A DNA stretch of 64,000 nucleotides, taken from NCBI RefSeq assembly GCF_006345805.1, contig NC_043003.1, positions 113,398,001 through 113,462,000 on the forward strand, read 5' to 3'. Source of the stretch: Octopus sinensis. Taxonomy: Eukaryota. Of the stretch, positions 1-13,658 are shown one piece after another. A program made the position numbers and the translations under genes. The notes under the pieces were generated by a model that saw only the letters and a program-made list of their open reading frames with translations, was not told the origin of the DNA and searched no databases. Numbering within the stretch: the first letter of the stretch is position 1; the number at the start of each line of letters is the position of its first letter.

Positions 1-874
1 AAGTATGGAAAATGAATGTGGAATGATGATAAGGATTACATACATCTATCTACTAATCCATCTATATTTCTGTGTGTGTGTGTGTGTGTGTGTGTATCGG
101 TGTATAAATATATATATATCTATGTTTATATATATTTAATCCATAACCATTACTCCAAGAAAATATATTTTGCTGGACTAAAGATGATGGATTGAATATT
201 TTATTCACTTTCAGAATTATAATTGAATAATTAATTCTAAACGGGTGGACATAATACCCACATCCCATGAATGTGTGCGTGTGTCTCTCTACATATAGGA
301 GCAAATAAATATATATATATATATATATACATGCATATACATATATATATATACATATAAAACTATATATATATACACATATATATACATATACATACAT
401 ATATATATACATGTATATACATATGCATACATATATATATATACATATGTATACATATATATACATATGTATACATATATATATACACACACATATATAC
501 ATCATCATCATCGTTTAGCGTCACACACACATATATACATATATATATACATATACATATACACACATATATACATATATATCTATATACACACATACAT
601 ATATATATATATATATTTATATACATGGCAAATGCATATCTAATTGTCCTACATAATTCAAAAATTATATTGCATATGTATTTTGTTTGTATATATAAAT
701 GGCACACACAAACACATTCATCAGTATGTGTGTAGAAATTCATGAACATATGTACTCATAAATCTGTAAGCATCTCCTAAAGACAGATACATAGGTATTT
801 GTATGCATTGCATTCATATTTACATACATACCTTCATCATATATATATGTGTGTATATATATACATATATACAT

Positions 875-924
<50 letters not shown>

Positions 925-1007
925 ATACATATATACTGGAGTAAACACATAAATGTGAAACAAGGTGGAAAAAAAGAGTACTCAAATACCAGGGGTAGAA
1001 TTTTAAC

Positions 1008-1054
1008 AAAACTGTCCGACGAACGGAAACGTGAAACTCCGAGTAACAGGTTTT
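1008..1054 (+). ncRNA. Type I hammerhead ribozyme motif (U4C core variant) in a short element inserted in (TA)n
   Basis: ctgt-CCGACGA-acg[gaaa]cgt-GAAA-ctc[c]gag-TA-acag: stems I, II and III all pair. Confidence 0.6.
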
Positions 1055-1091
1055 GCTGAATTTCTGCTGCTTTTAAATAAAGTATATATAT

Positions 1092-1134
<43 letters not shown>

Positions 1135-1226
1135 TATATACATACAGATATATATATACACACTATATACACAAACCTATCTGTAAATTACCGTGTGTGT
1201 GGTTAGCTTTATTTGTTTGTATTTAC

Positions 1227-1257
<31 letters not shown>

Positions 1258-3334
1258 ATAATGAGAATGGCTTTTCTTTTAGAGAAAGCCCAAACTCTTC
1301 TGTTTCTTTGTTCAAGGCCTTTCCAGACTCAATATTTGATGAGCTGACATCCGTTTATTCAGCCCAGTTAATTCACTGAATGCACTATCGTCTTCCCTTT
1401 GTTTCCTTGTTCTGGTTGTTGTTGTCATGACTACCAGAATTTTAAGTTTGACTCTTATATTTCTGTGTCATCAATCAAGTGTATGTTTTACTTTATGACT
1501 CCTGTATTTTACCTGTGTGTATTTACTTGTGTCTGTTACCTGTGTGTGCGTGTGTTTAATTAACATTCAGCCATGCTCTGAGTATTCTTTTAACTATTAA
1601 ATCCTTAATTCGAATTCATTTGTCTGTTTTTATTACCTTGCAATTGTTGTTTTTGTAGCAATGTGTAAAGTGGACGCACAGGAGTCTACTATTACTAGAC
1701 ACAAGTACGACACAATATCACATAGGGATAGTTGTGATCTTTACGACTTTACAATCGTATTCCTAATTTCCATTTCTCAGAAGTCCTTTGCGCTAGTTTG
1801 TCGATGGGTTTCCATGCCTACAGTCATTCGTTATTGAATATGAAGGTGAAATATTATCCGTGTTAATGATTTAATGTAATATATTTTGGATTCAATTTTA
1901 TGACGTTTATATTTTTATTTATCTATTCTCTAGTTTCAATATATTTAATTTATCTAATGGCCTTTGTGTGTGGTTTGTACCTAAAATAAACACACAAACA
2001 ACACAGTCTAGTCACAAACCAGAAGCAAGAAAAGCCCTCGCTGATGATGTATAAATCTGTCAAAATTAAAATTCCAGCAGTAATTATTCGGTAGGATCTG
2101 CCTACTCTAAAAAAAGCAGTAATGTAGGCCAACATCAAAGCATCTCGAAGATGTTACTACAAAGGTAGAGGAAGGCTGATGATGGAGTTTAAGAAATTGT
2201 CCTGTTTAAAACAAACATCAAGGGACTCCTGTGAAAATATGAAAATAACCTTGAAAACAGACTTGATAAAAGAAATGACCCCCAGCAAAACAGTGATGTT
2301 TTTTTCATTATAGCACAACCACACACTCCTACACAGAATAGTCAATAGAGAGCCTAATGCCTACACAAAACATTGATATTTACCGGTTAGTGCATGAAAA
2401 TGCAACGCATTTTGCTTATTTTTAATATAGAAGTTAAGAAAAAAATTTTTAAAAAAAAGGAAAAAAAAACTAAAACAGAAACGAAAATAAATCCTCAAGC
2501 ACCTATTTTGGATGTGCAATCATTATTAAATACTAGGTTTATACATGTCACAGATATTGGGGGGGTGGGGAGTAGATGGCGGGGGGTGGGGAGACTGGGA
2601 CAATGTTTAATTAGCAGCGTTTGATTACTGCACGTTTGATACTAGCCATGGAGACAAAACCTGTGCAGGATTAGTCATTTTTTTGTTTTGCTTTTGTTTT
2701 GCTTTTGTTTTGTTTTGTTTTCTTGGAATACCACATTTTGAAAGGGAGGAGGAGGAGGAGGAAGAGGAGGAGGCAGAAGAGGAAGCCAGAGCAGCTGGAC
2801 TCTACTTCTTCTCTTTGGTGCCTCCTCACACACTTAATACTTATTGTACTACTTTGCTGAACTTAGGCACCAGGGTAGGAAGGGACGGCTCAATGGCACA
2901 GCGCCAGCCAAGATGCACTGTCCGAATGGAAGTGAAAGAGAGAGAGAGAGAGAGAAAGGAGGAGAGAGAGAGAGAGAGAGATGTGCAGTTCCATTGGCTT
3001 ATTTATTATAGTAGTAGTAATGGTAGTAATTTAGACAAAAGCCATATGGAGGTCTTTTATGATGTATGAGTGTATATGCATACGTATATTAAAGCATCTC
3101 ACTCTCTCTCTCCACACACACACACATCAACATATAAACCTATATAAGTCAGCCAAATTCAGCCTCATATATATATATATATATATACACTTAACCATAA
3201 ATAATATGCAGGTGTGTGGGTGGGGGTGGTAGGTGTGTGTGTGTGTGTATAAAACCGATGCCAGCAAGGAGCAGGGCCATTCAATTATGGTGATATATAT
3301 GTATTAGTATATTATGGTAAATATATATATATAC

Positions 3335-3369
<35 letters not shown>

Positions 3370-5241
3370 GGTCTTTCTTACAAACTGCTCTGCTTTGTTT
3401 GATCTCATGCAACGTTTCGACTGCAAGATCTAATTCCAGTGCATCTTGTAATGAAATGATTCATGTCATACAGTATTGTTCATTTGATGGGTTTCAACTT
3501 CTCCAGTCTTTACCTCGATAGTGGCTAACTTGTGATCTATCTACACCTTCAGATGTGTGTGTGTATGTGTGTGTAATTCAGTTTCTTATTTGTGAGTTTA
3601 TGATTTTGTAACAAACTCACCCATGCACACACATGGTAGAAATGTGCAGTGTAAAAAGAGTGGTTGGTGTTGATGTATGTTGAAGTATGTTTGTGAATGT
3701 AGGTAATAAAAGCTTGCTCTCTGTTGTGCTTGATAGAATCATTGATGTTTGGGAGACTTTCAGAGAGTGTGGGTGGCTGTAAGAATCCATTAGAGATGAC
3801 ATTTTATTTGTTTAACTGAGCAAATGTAAATACAGAGCACACCTTAACAGCAACCTGCACGTAAGGATGCACTCACTTACACATTATGCAGACATTAATG
3901 CATACGCACACACATATGGAGAGAGAGAGAGAGAGTAAAAGAAACAGGAAGAAAGGAAAGATGTGAATGAGAGAGCAAATGAGGAATAACGACAGCTGTG
4001 AGCAGTTGTAAGTAACTCTTGACAAATAGAAATAAAAATCATATTTGATGGAGGCAAGTGTACTGCTGGCAAAAAATCAGTTTGGTTTACTGTCAGGGTG
4101 ACACATTTTCTCTCCTCTGCCCCCACATCCCACTCTCTCTTTCACTTAATTCTACATATTTCTTGGAGAAACCATCTCCAGGCAAAAAAAAAACCAAAAA
4201 AGAAAACCATGTTCAAAGCGATTTAGCTATTAACTATGACAGCCTTAAGATATTTTGTTTGTCTTGGTGTGTCATGATAGGTTTAATCAAGGACCACGTA
4301 TGATACAATGTCACATCAATAGAGACACCACCAGTGGCATGACATGTGTACGGATGCACTTGTGTCTATGTATATGCCCAAGGAAAATTTCTGGTCAAAT
4401 GTCGGGAATCTTGTCACTTTCCTTTGTGTGTGTGTGCTTCTATATTTGTTTTTAGTTTAAGCAAAACGAATGCCTGAATTTCAATAGATAGCCCTCTTTT
4501 ATCAGTTAAACCCTCACCTATCTACCTGCCAATCTGGATAACAATAATGATAATGACGATGATGATGATGATGCAGTGGCTTGTGTTGATGATGTTATTT
4601 ACAATAATAATAATAATAATAGTATTAATAATAATAATAATATCAATAATAGCACAAACCTATAAATTCATAGATGAGCAGAAATAATTTTAAATGATTC
4701 TCATATTATATGGACTTCAGGTTAATGATGATAGTAATAATTAGTTTCAAATTTTGACACAAGGCCAGCAATACTAGGGGTAGTGGATTAGTCAATTATA
4801 TCAACTCCAGTATTTAACAGGTACTTAATGTTATCACCCCTGGAAGAAGGAAAGTCAAAGTGGACCTTGCCTTATTTGAACTCAGAATGTCTTTACATTC
4901 TGAGTTTTAGCAGCAGTTCTAATGGCTCTTTAGCCACAAGAACTGCTGCTAAAACATTTGTCCAGTTTATTCCCAGCTCTGCTTGTGTGCCACCTTAACG
5001 ATGATAATAATAATAATAAAAACGATGATGATGATGAAACTGATAAGGGAAAAAGGTGATGAAAATTAAAAAAAGAGCTTAATAGCAACAATAGAGTTTA
5101 CATTCATACAGATCTCCCACCAGCTATTCACACACGCATGTGCGGTGTGTGTGTGTGTGTGTGTGTTTGTACATGGAATTATTATATACACATATATCTG
5201 AACAAAATACACCCATCATCATATATTTGTGAATATGTGCA

Positions 5242-5278
<37 letters not shown>

Positions 5279-6266
5279 TATATATATATATACACACATA
5301 CATATATATATATATACATACACACACACGTTTGTGTGCATGTATATACATATATATAAAGCAAACATGTAGCAGATCACATGTGCATTGTTGATTGTGT
5401 AGAGAATGAAGGGAGAATGTGTGAAGCACAGCTCCCTCCTCCGCATTCTGTTCCTCCTGAATACACGAACACTTGTTTCTGCACTCAGTCTCTACCTTTC
5501 TTCCTTTGTTTATGAGGTGAGTGTACCTGGGTAGGGGGTGGGGGGAATGAGGCAAAGACACATCAGACATCTAAAGCAAGGTGAGATAATTTGGATTAAA
5601 TTTTGAACTTAGAGTTAGATACATCCAGATTTAATCTCACTTGATTCGGATATTCATATGTATGTGTATAAATAGATAGACAGACAGACAGACAGACGTA
5701 TGAAAGCTCATGCACACAGTCATAGACAAGTAAACAGTTTGAAGCGATCCGGTAAGAAAGAAAGCTCATAAAATGGCATTGTTTAGCAAGAAACAGCAAA
5801 AAGACGTGTTTAGTGAATGGGCTGATGGAGAGAGAGAGAAAGGAGAAAGGGAGAGTAAGTAGTTGTTGCATAGAGGATGGGTGGGGGGGGGAGAGAAGGA
5901 AATGTTGGTTGTGGTGGATGGTGGTGATAAGATGAAGAAGGAAAAGAGTTTGGAGGATTATGTCAGAATCAGGAGAAAGCAATCAGAAGATGGCTGTGTG
6001 TGTGTAGCTGTGTATACACAAGCACAAAACCCCTCCACACACACACATAGATCTATACAGAGACACACAGACACAAACCTACCACTTACATAAAACATTT
6101 ATACAAATGCATATTATCTCTTTCTGTCTATCTCTTCCCACCTCTCTCTCTCTATGTATATACATATGTGTGTACTCACACACACATATATGCACATACA
6201 TATATATGTGCATCCATTATATATACTATATATATATATATACACTTTATATATATATATACATAC

Positions 6267-6298
<32 letters not shown>

Positions 6299-6322
6299 CT
6301 ATATATATATATATATATACAC

Positions 6323-6354
<32 letters not shown>

Positions 6355-6397
6355 TATATATTCACCATATATGTGAGCATGTGTGTATATGTGTGCA

Positions 6398-6431
<34 letters not shown>

Positions 6432-8034
6432 CATACGTGTGTGTGTGTTGCTGGAAGAACTGTAGAATGTCTGTATCACATTTTACGGGAAGGTTTTCCA
6501 ATTTGCGGAAGTAGCTACAAAGGGGCAACTGCTCTCTCTTTCTCTCTCTTTGCTCTTACTCTCTCATTCTCTCTCTCCTTACTCTCTCTTTCATGTTTTT
6601 GTTAATACAAGATCATTTTAATATTACTCAATATCATGGCTCATATTGTAATTATTGTTGTTGTTATTATTATTATCATTATTATTATTATTGTTATAGC
6701 TGATGTTTGTGTTGTTTACTTCAACTAATTATTCTTTTTCATTTTATTAATTAATTAATTATTTTAAACCTCCTCCATTTAGTCCTGTTCCCAGTTTCAT
6801 TAATCAGAGTTGTTCTCGTTGTTTGCAGTTTTTATTCATCTTGTTCTTCTTTTTATTAGTGCAATTGTTGGTGTTGTTGTTGCTGTTGTTGTTGGTAGTG
6901 GTGGTACTGACGTTGGTGGTGTAGCTGTTTTGTACTTCATCATTCACTGTTTTGATGCTGTTTTAATCCCACCAAAAATTAAATAAAAAAAATAGAATTG
7001 TTATTGGATTTATTTAATTTTCTTCCTTCTTTCTTTTCTTCCATGGTAGTTGTGACAGCAGCAGCAGCGGTAGTAGTGGGATGGGGGTTGTTCTAGGTCG
7101 TGGTAAACAAGGGCCAATAGGGGATTCAATTGGAGGGGAACAGTTTTTGGGAGGTGCATTGGAAAAATTTTAGGAATTTTTTTCCTCACAATTTTCCCAT
7201 TTTTTTTTTTTTTTAAATCATTTAATAGTTTTAGTTTATTTCAATTAATTTAATCTTTTTCTTCTTCACCCCTTAAGTTGGAAAAAAATGTTTTCTTTGG
7301 AAAAAATAAAAGAAGAAAAAGAGACTTCTGAAATATCTCAGCATTGACGTTCATTCGCTCATTTGTTCTCTCTCTCTTTCTCACTCCAAGCGTACACTGG
7401 TTCTGTCAAACCCAAAATCTCCTCCATGAAATGAAAACAAGACTATAAAAAAATGTCTTTTTATCATTTTAAATTCTACTAATTGTTGTTTAATTTGCAT
7501 CCCAAGTTCATATATATCTGTATGTGTATATATACATTTATACACACATACATATATGTACATATATATATACACAAACATATATATACATATATATACA
7601 CGTACACATATATACACACACATGCCTACATTTTTATTACACACACATATATATATATATGCACATATACATATATCTTTACATGCACACACATTATGTG
7701 TATATATATATATATATGTATATATATACATATATATATATTTATATATATACAGATCTATACACGCTCCCTCGCACGCACCACTTTCATTAGTTTATGG
7801 TGTTTTTATCTCTTCCTTTCACAAATAAGCAATATTTTGTTGTTTTTTTTTTCTCTGTAACATCTGCATGTTTATAGATGTATTTTGATTTGTATATGCA
7901 TGTACATATATATATTCATACAACATTTTTTGATGCATACATACATGCGTATGTATGTATGACATGTATGACATATATGATGTGCATATATACATATATA
8001 TATGCACACACACATGCATGCATATATATATATA

Positions 8035-8068
<34 letters not shown>

Positions 8069-8348
8069 CATACATTTAGTAAATGTTTTATATATCGCAG
8101 GTGTTATTGTCACATTTTAAAAATCTTTTGCTTTCATTTTTATATTATTTTTAAAATTTAGATTTTTTTTTTCTTTAAGGTTGTCTCTATGTTGGTTCTG
8201 CAATTATTTTGTTTATTTAAAATGTTTCCTTTTGTTTCATTTTATCTTGTCTTTATTTAATTTTTAAAATTTTTTTACTGCATTTTTTTTTTATTTCTTT
8301 ACAAAATAAGGAATAATAATTATTATCATTATTATTATTATTATTATT

Positions 8349-9217
8349 TTATCTTGTCCTTTTAAGCAGCCTAATATTATTGCAATCATCAGCGAGCTCT
8401 GGATATTCTTCAGGATTTCGAATGTATATCCCGATATATCCTTCAGCATAACCTACAGTTTTGATTTCATATTTCTCTTGCTCGGACCACAGGTATTCAC
8501 TTGGCAAGCTATTCTGCAGCCAATATTTCTCCCGAGCCCAAGCATGCATCACGGCACGCTCTTTAGCATGCTGCAGAACCCGGTGCTTCTCGTGAGTTGC
8601 ATCAGTCCCGTACCGAATGTTCATGATACTGTAGTTGCCGTGCAACCGAATGTCGATTTCCTCGTGGCTTCTTGCGTGAAAGCCGTCAGTATGTTGGATC
8701 TTGTGTACTGTGATGTTGATACCATTTTCCATGAAAACCACTGGCTTGCCCCGTAAATTAAGACTGCCAAGATCCATGTCAGCCTGGTTGGTATCAACTT
8801 TGACAAAGTAGTGGATAGCTTTGCCTTTAATTGTGAAGTGCATATCAATAATATCCGAATTGTTCAACAAAACACTGGCAGTTTTACGTAAGATCTCTGG
8901 GGTGTTATCGACAAAGTTTACAAGAACACGCTCATCAACCACTGATAGAATGATTCCATTCCCAAGAATAAAAGGGACATGTGCTGGCTTTAAGACAGGG
9001 GTTGGCTGCTTTGGTGTGATTTTCGAACTCGATACAGTTGACATCATAAGTAAGTTGTCCATGTCACGGCGGAAAGTGCACTCAAATGCAGATGATGTTG
9101 GTAGCAACTCGACGTCATGGCAACCCTTCTTGTGGCCTCGAATTTCACCAGTATAAGTGACATCTGGTGCTAAACTCCGTACATCATAACCCAGAAGCAG
9201 CAGCCAGTCGGCAAGAT
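8349..9217 (-). CDS. TENM: Teneurin terminal coding exon, Tox-GHH-like/TCAP C-terminus, TAA stop at 8351-8349
   Basis: G+AT restores ...PLT-D-LADWLLLLGYD. Ends ..HAKERAVMHAWAREK..WSEQEK..GYAEGYIGIY..YPELADDCNNIRLLKRTR*, the canonical teneurin end. Acceptor ttttttacag|AT. Confidence 0.96.
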
Positions 9218-10696
9218 CTGTAAAAAATAAAAGGGACAGAATGTAAATGTTGATTGCAAAATAACTGGAAAACATATCTACTGATTAGCCATCTTACAAA
9301 ACCTAGACACTAACTGTCTGTATAAGCCTCAACACACATATTTATATCTATATTCTACTGAAGCAGTTATAGAAAGCAAAATTAGATCTACTCAATAATG
9401 AATGTGATCATGAGAGGTTTCCATTATAAAAAGGAAATTTAGGATCTATTTAAGCAAGTTGATACCAGTTTATTACCGTTGTTGGCCGTATCACTGATAT
9501 GAGGTAAAAATAATTACAGAAAAGATTGCCTGCTGCACTTGGAAAGAAGTTCACTAAAAGAAGCAATGCAAAAACAATGTTATGAGTAAGATCAAATGAA
9601 GCTCAAAGAAGTTGGAGGCAGAAGATGGATTGTCAGAAGATGCTGACAAAATTTTAGATCCAAAAATTAAAACCCTAAAAACAAGGTGCAGAAATCCTAT
9701 TTGAAAATGAGATTCCTTGCACAAATGCATCTTTTATTTACTTCTCAACTAATTGCCTTTCCACACCTACAAACAAAGCCACAGAAAGAGTCTGGCAAAA
9801 TGGTCACAGATTTAAAAAAAAAAAAAAATAAATAAATAAATAACTGTGGCCTTGCTTGAATTTGAACTCTGAATCAAGGAAAGAAACTGAAATAATGTTA
9901 TGCCTTTCATGCAATACTTTAGATCTTTACCCATCTCTAACGCTTGAATCATGTCTATGACAACAATAAGTAACCCCACCCCCTCTCTCTCTTTTTTATA
10001 CTGTGTTGGTAACTATTGTAACAGGGTCACACTGACCCCTCATCAACAATTCATCCCCATTATCCAGACTTTCCACAATAATTCAGCTATGTTGTACCCT
10101 ATTTTTTATAACTTTTTCTAGCTTTTATTTTTCGCCTTTTTCTTTATATATTTATTATTGTAGAGGTTAAAATAATTGATTGGTTAAAAGTATTGATTTT
10201 TACCTGTTCATGAGTCATGAATTTACCTCACATTATCTCATTTCATCCTATTCTAGTGAAGAGGTGATACCTGATCAATCTGATTGTTTCAGAGAAGAAT
10301 CTATTAAATATTTCACTTCTTTTTAACCCCGAGATCTACATGCTGGTCCTAATCACAAGACTTGTTTTCCTGGTGAGTAAAATTCCATTCAAAATCTTTA
10401 CAAGCTGAGCATTCTTTCTATTGCTAAATACCTTCTCGAGTTACAAACGATTTCTAACACCTGCTCTGACAATATTTAAACGTAGCACTTCAAGTCAAAA
10501 ACGGACACCAGTTTTGCTGCTGTTAATGCTGTTCATGGTTGGATTTGAGAATAAGTTTGGTAATTGCTGGAATACATCTCTCTGAACATACACCTAGTAT
10601 TGTAATACTAACAGTTCATGCTTCAGGAGGAAGTTCTCAGTATAATTCTATCCAAGAAAAGCCATCTCCACAATTTTTTGTGCAGCATTGAACATA

Positions 10697-10865
10697 GGCG
10701 CAGGAGTGGCTGTGTGGTAAGTAGCTTGCTAACCAACCACATGGTTCCGGGTTCAGTCCCACTGCGTGGCATCTTGGGCAAGTGTCTTCTGCTATAGCCC
10801 CGGGCCGACCAATGCCTTGTGAGTGGATTTGGTAGACGGAAACTGAAAGAAGCCTGTCGTATATG

Positions 10866-10896
<31 letters not shown>

Positions 10897-11104
10897 TTGT
10901 GTGTCTGTGTTTGTCCCCCTAGCATCGCTTGACAACCGATGCTTGTGTGTTTACGTCCCCGTCACTTAGCGGTTCGGCAAAAGAGACCGATAGAATAAGT
11001 ACTGGGCTTACAAAGAATAAGTCCTGGGGTCGATTTGCTCGACTAAAGGCGGTGCTCCAGCATGGCCACAGTCAAATGACTGAAACAAGTAAAAGAATAA
11101 AAGA
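10697..11104 (+). mobile_element. tRNA-derived SINE, family 1
   Basis: A-box tggctgtgtgg, B-box-like gggttcagtccc, cttgggcaagt core, internal (TA/TG)n, tail gactgaaacaagtaaaag. Confidence 0.88.
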
Positions 11105-11825
11105 AAAAAAAAATGTTCTGGAAACGGAGAAGCTACAGTAAGAACAGGAAGGTGAAAAAAGTTCAAAGAGCTTTTAATCTCAGGTGGTAACAAAGGGTTT
11201 CTCTCTTGAAGTGTGTCCCATTATATAACAGAGAAACATGGGCATTAAAAGCAGGGAAATGTGAAGGCTGGCCAGAAAAGAGGCAAGCATGTTTTGCTGA
11301 ATGAATAAGGGGAGTGAGAATGAATGATGAGGCACAAAAGACCAGAGAAAGAAATTGGGAGTAAAAAAAAAAAAAAGAATGAGAAGTAGTGTATCAAGTG
11401 ATCCAACTGGAAACAGCATGGGGAAGAAGTCCTAAAAAGCAGTGATCGCAAGAGACTGACATCGATAAAGGAGATGACAAGTTACTATAAAGAGGTGGTG
11501 AAACATTATGGTGAATTGATCTAAGCAAGGCCTTTATGAATTAGAAGAGAGTCCTGAAAATGATGACACTAAACGTTTTTGGTTTAATAGCTGAGAGATG
11601 CAATACACAGTGTATGATGTAGAGTCAATGCTATTTATCTAAAACTGCTAACTAGAGGGATAATACTGAATGGAAATCTCTCAGTAGGGATAGAGTAAAC
11701 AACACACACACATACGATAAGCAGTGTGTGCTAATGCAGAATAAGATGATAATATTCAATTGTAAGTGGAAAAGGTTAGACTTTTTCTTTGTTACGAAAT
11801 TGTCACTCAAATTAGTTATTACCAT

Positions 11826-12155
11826 CATCATCATCATCATTTAACGTCCGTTTTCCATTCTAGCATGGGTTGGACAATTTTGACTGAGGGCTAGCCACCA
11901 GATGGCTGCACCAGGCTCCAATCTTGATCTGGCAGAGTTTCTACAGCTGGATGCCCTTCCTAATGCCAAACACTCTGAGAGTGGCACGTAAAAAGCACCC
12001 ACTTCACTCTTGGAGTGGCTGGCGTTAGGAAGTAAAAACTCTGCCAGATCAAGACTGGAGCCTGGTGCAGCCATCTGGTTTGCCAGTCCTCAGTCAAAAT
12101 CGTCCAAACCATGCTAGAATGGAAAACGGACATTCAATGATGATGATGATGATAA
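11826..12155. mobile_element. Two RTE 3' ends in inverted orientation, tails facing outward
   Basis: (CAT)n-ttaacgtccg...gagtgg, then gcacccact...ggacattcaat-(GAT)n. Confidence 0.85.
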
Positions 12156-12289
12156 TTAATTTGAGTGACCTTCTAGAAACAGAATCCAAAATAAAGATAC
12201 TCCCGAGGAGAAACAGGGTGTGGAAAAGTTGCATGGAATATTTGAAGTAAACACATACATGCATGCATGTATACACACACACAGAGATA

Positions 12290-12325
<36 letters not shown>

Positions 12326-13010
12326 TATAGATACACACCCAAATGTAAAGATATATATTTATGGCAGAATCAATGAACATTATTAATAAACATATTTTCA
12401 TCCAAAACTTTATGGATACACACAACACTTATACACACACACACACATACACACATACATGCAGATATATGAATATACAAACTCAGAAAAAAATATTGAA
12501 AGATTAATGTATAGCGTATTGATTTCTCTATCATTATTGATATAAAAAACTATGTGTAACATGTGAAAGTTGCCAAAAGAGCAGCTGCATTAGTGGTATA
12601 TGGAAACTAGTGTCTGCTGGGAAAAGAATTAGCCATAATATGATAAACAGAAGATATGTAACATAAGAATGCTTACTAAAGCAAATCAAGCAGAAATTAT
12701 CATTTAGTTTTCTTAAAGGACGACTATACTCTTTCCTTTAGTTTTTTTTATTGTTTGTTTTGTTTTGTTTTTTGCCATGTATCGCAGATGTAAGAAAAAC
12801 ATTAGAAATAACTTCAGAATTATGCATCTATATATATCCATAATTGTGTGTGTGTGTACACATTTATATATATGCATGTGTGTGCATGTGTATACACACA
12901 CACACAAACATATATAAAGTAGGCGATAACACAAAAAAGATGACGACAATTATGGGGACAAATTTTAGCAAATGTTGGATTGGTGAAATGTTTAAAAAGA
13001 AAGGAAAACT

Positions 13011-13040
13011 CTAAACGTTTCGAGTGCTTCATCAGAAAAA
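13011..13040 (-). ncRNA. Degenerate minimal hammerhead motif (stem II deleted)
   Basis: Minus strand ttttt-CTGATGA-agcactc-GAAA-CGTT; same flanking family as 45868. Confidence 0.35.
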
Positions 13041-13658
13041 TGATAGAAAAGGAAAAATAAAAAAGAATAAGAGAACATGTGGAGTAGACTTAAAGCAAAA
13101 GGAGTCAGGGATCAGTGAGAATAGGACTCCATGGGAAGGGAGGGGAGCACTTAATAAGGATGGGTGGTTGGGGTGATCGGTGGGTACATATAGGAGTATG
13201 TCCATGCATAGGGAGAGGCATGTCTCTATACATTAAGTATGACACACAGATGGCTATTTTAATCTAATTGCATAGAATATAAAGTAGAAACCATATCTAC
13301 AGGAAATATATTTTTAGCTTCCCTGAGAAAATAGCATTTGCCAGAAAGATCCTTGGAGTTGAGTAATGGTAGTGTCATCCATTTTGGTTCAATATTTATA
13401 CAACTAGGCAAAAACTCAAGAGGATGTTTAAGCTCATGGTGTCAAGTACACTGCTAAATATAGTTTGATGATCTACAATTTCTGTCCCTCAAATATACCC
13501 AATATAGGAGACTCCAGCATCCAACAGTCTTTTCATAAATTGTGGATGTTGATGGATGCAAAAGCATCAATCAGAACAAACTGAAACTCAATCAGTTCTT
13601 CTCTTGGAGTGAAAAAGGATTTTATGCATTTCTGGCCTCAAAATTTGGGCAATATGTG

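Noticed and set aside
62-1172. Many 60-200 aa ORFs rich in Y, I, C, V, H, T, here and throughout the track (e.g. 60231..60823, 43100..43477)
   Set aside because: Translations of (TA)n/(CA)n/(TG)n microsatellites, which lack stop codons in most frames.
3400-3470. GAAACGTT on minus with a tgca/tgca stem as a hammerhead
   Set aside because: No recognisable CTGANGA core.
1100-8348. Teneurin 3' UTR extent and poly(A) site
   Set aside because: Many AATAAA-like hexamers in AT-rich sequence; none can be chosen without transcript data.
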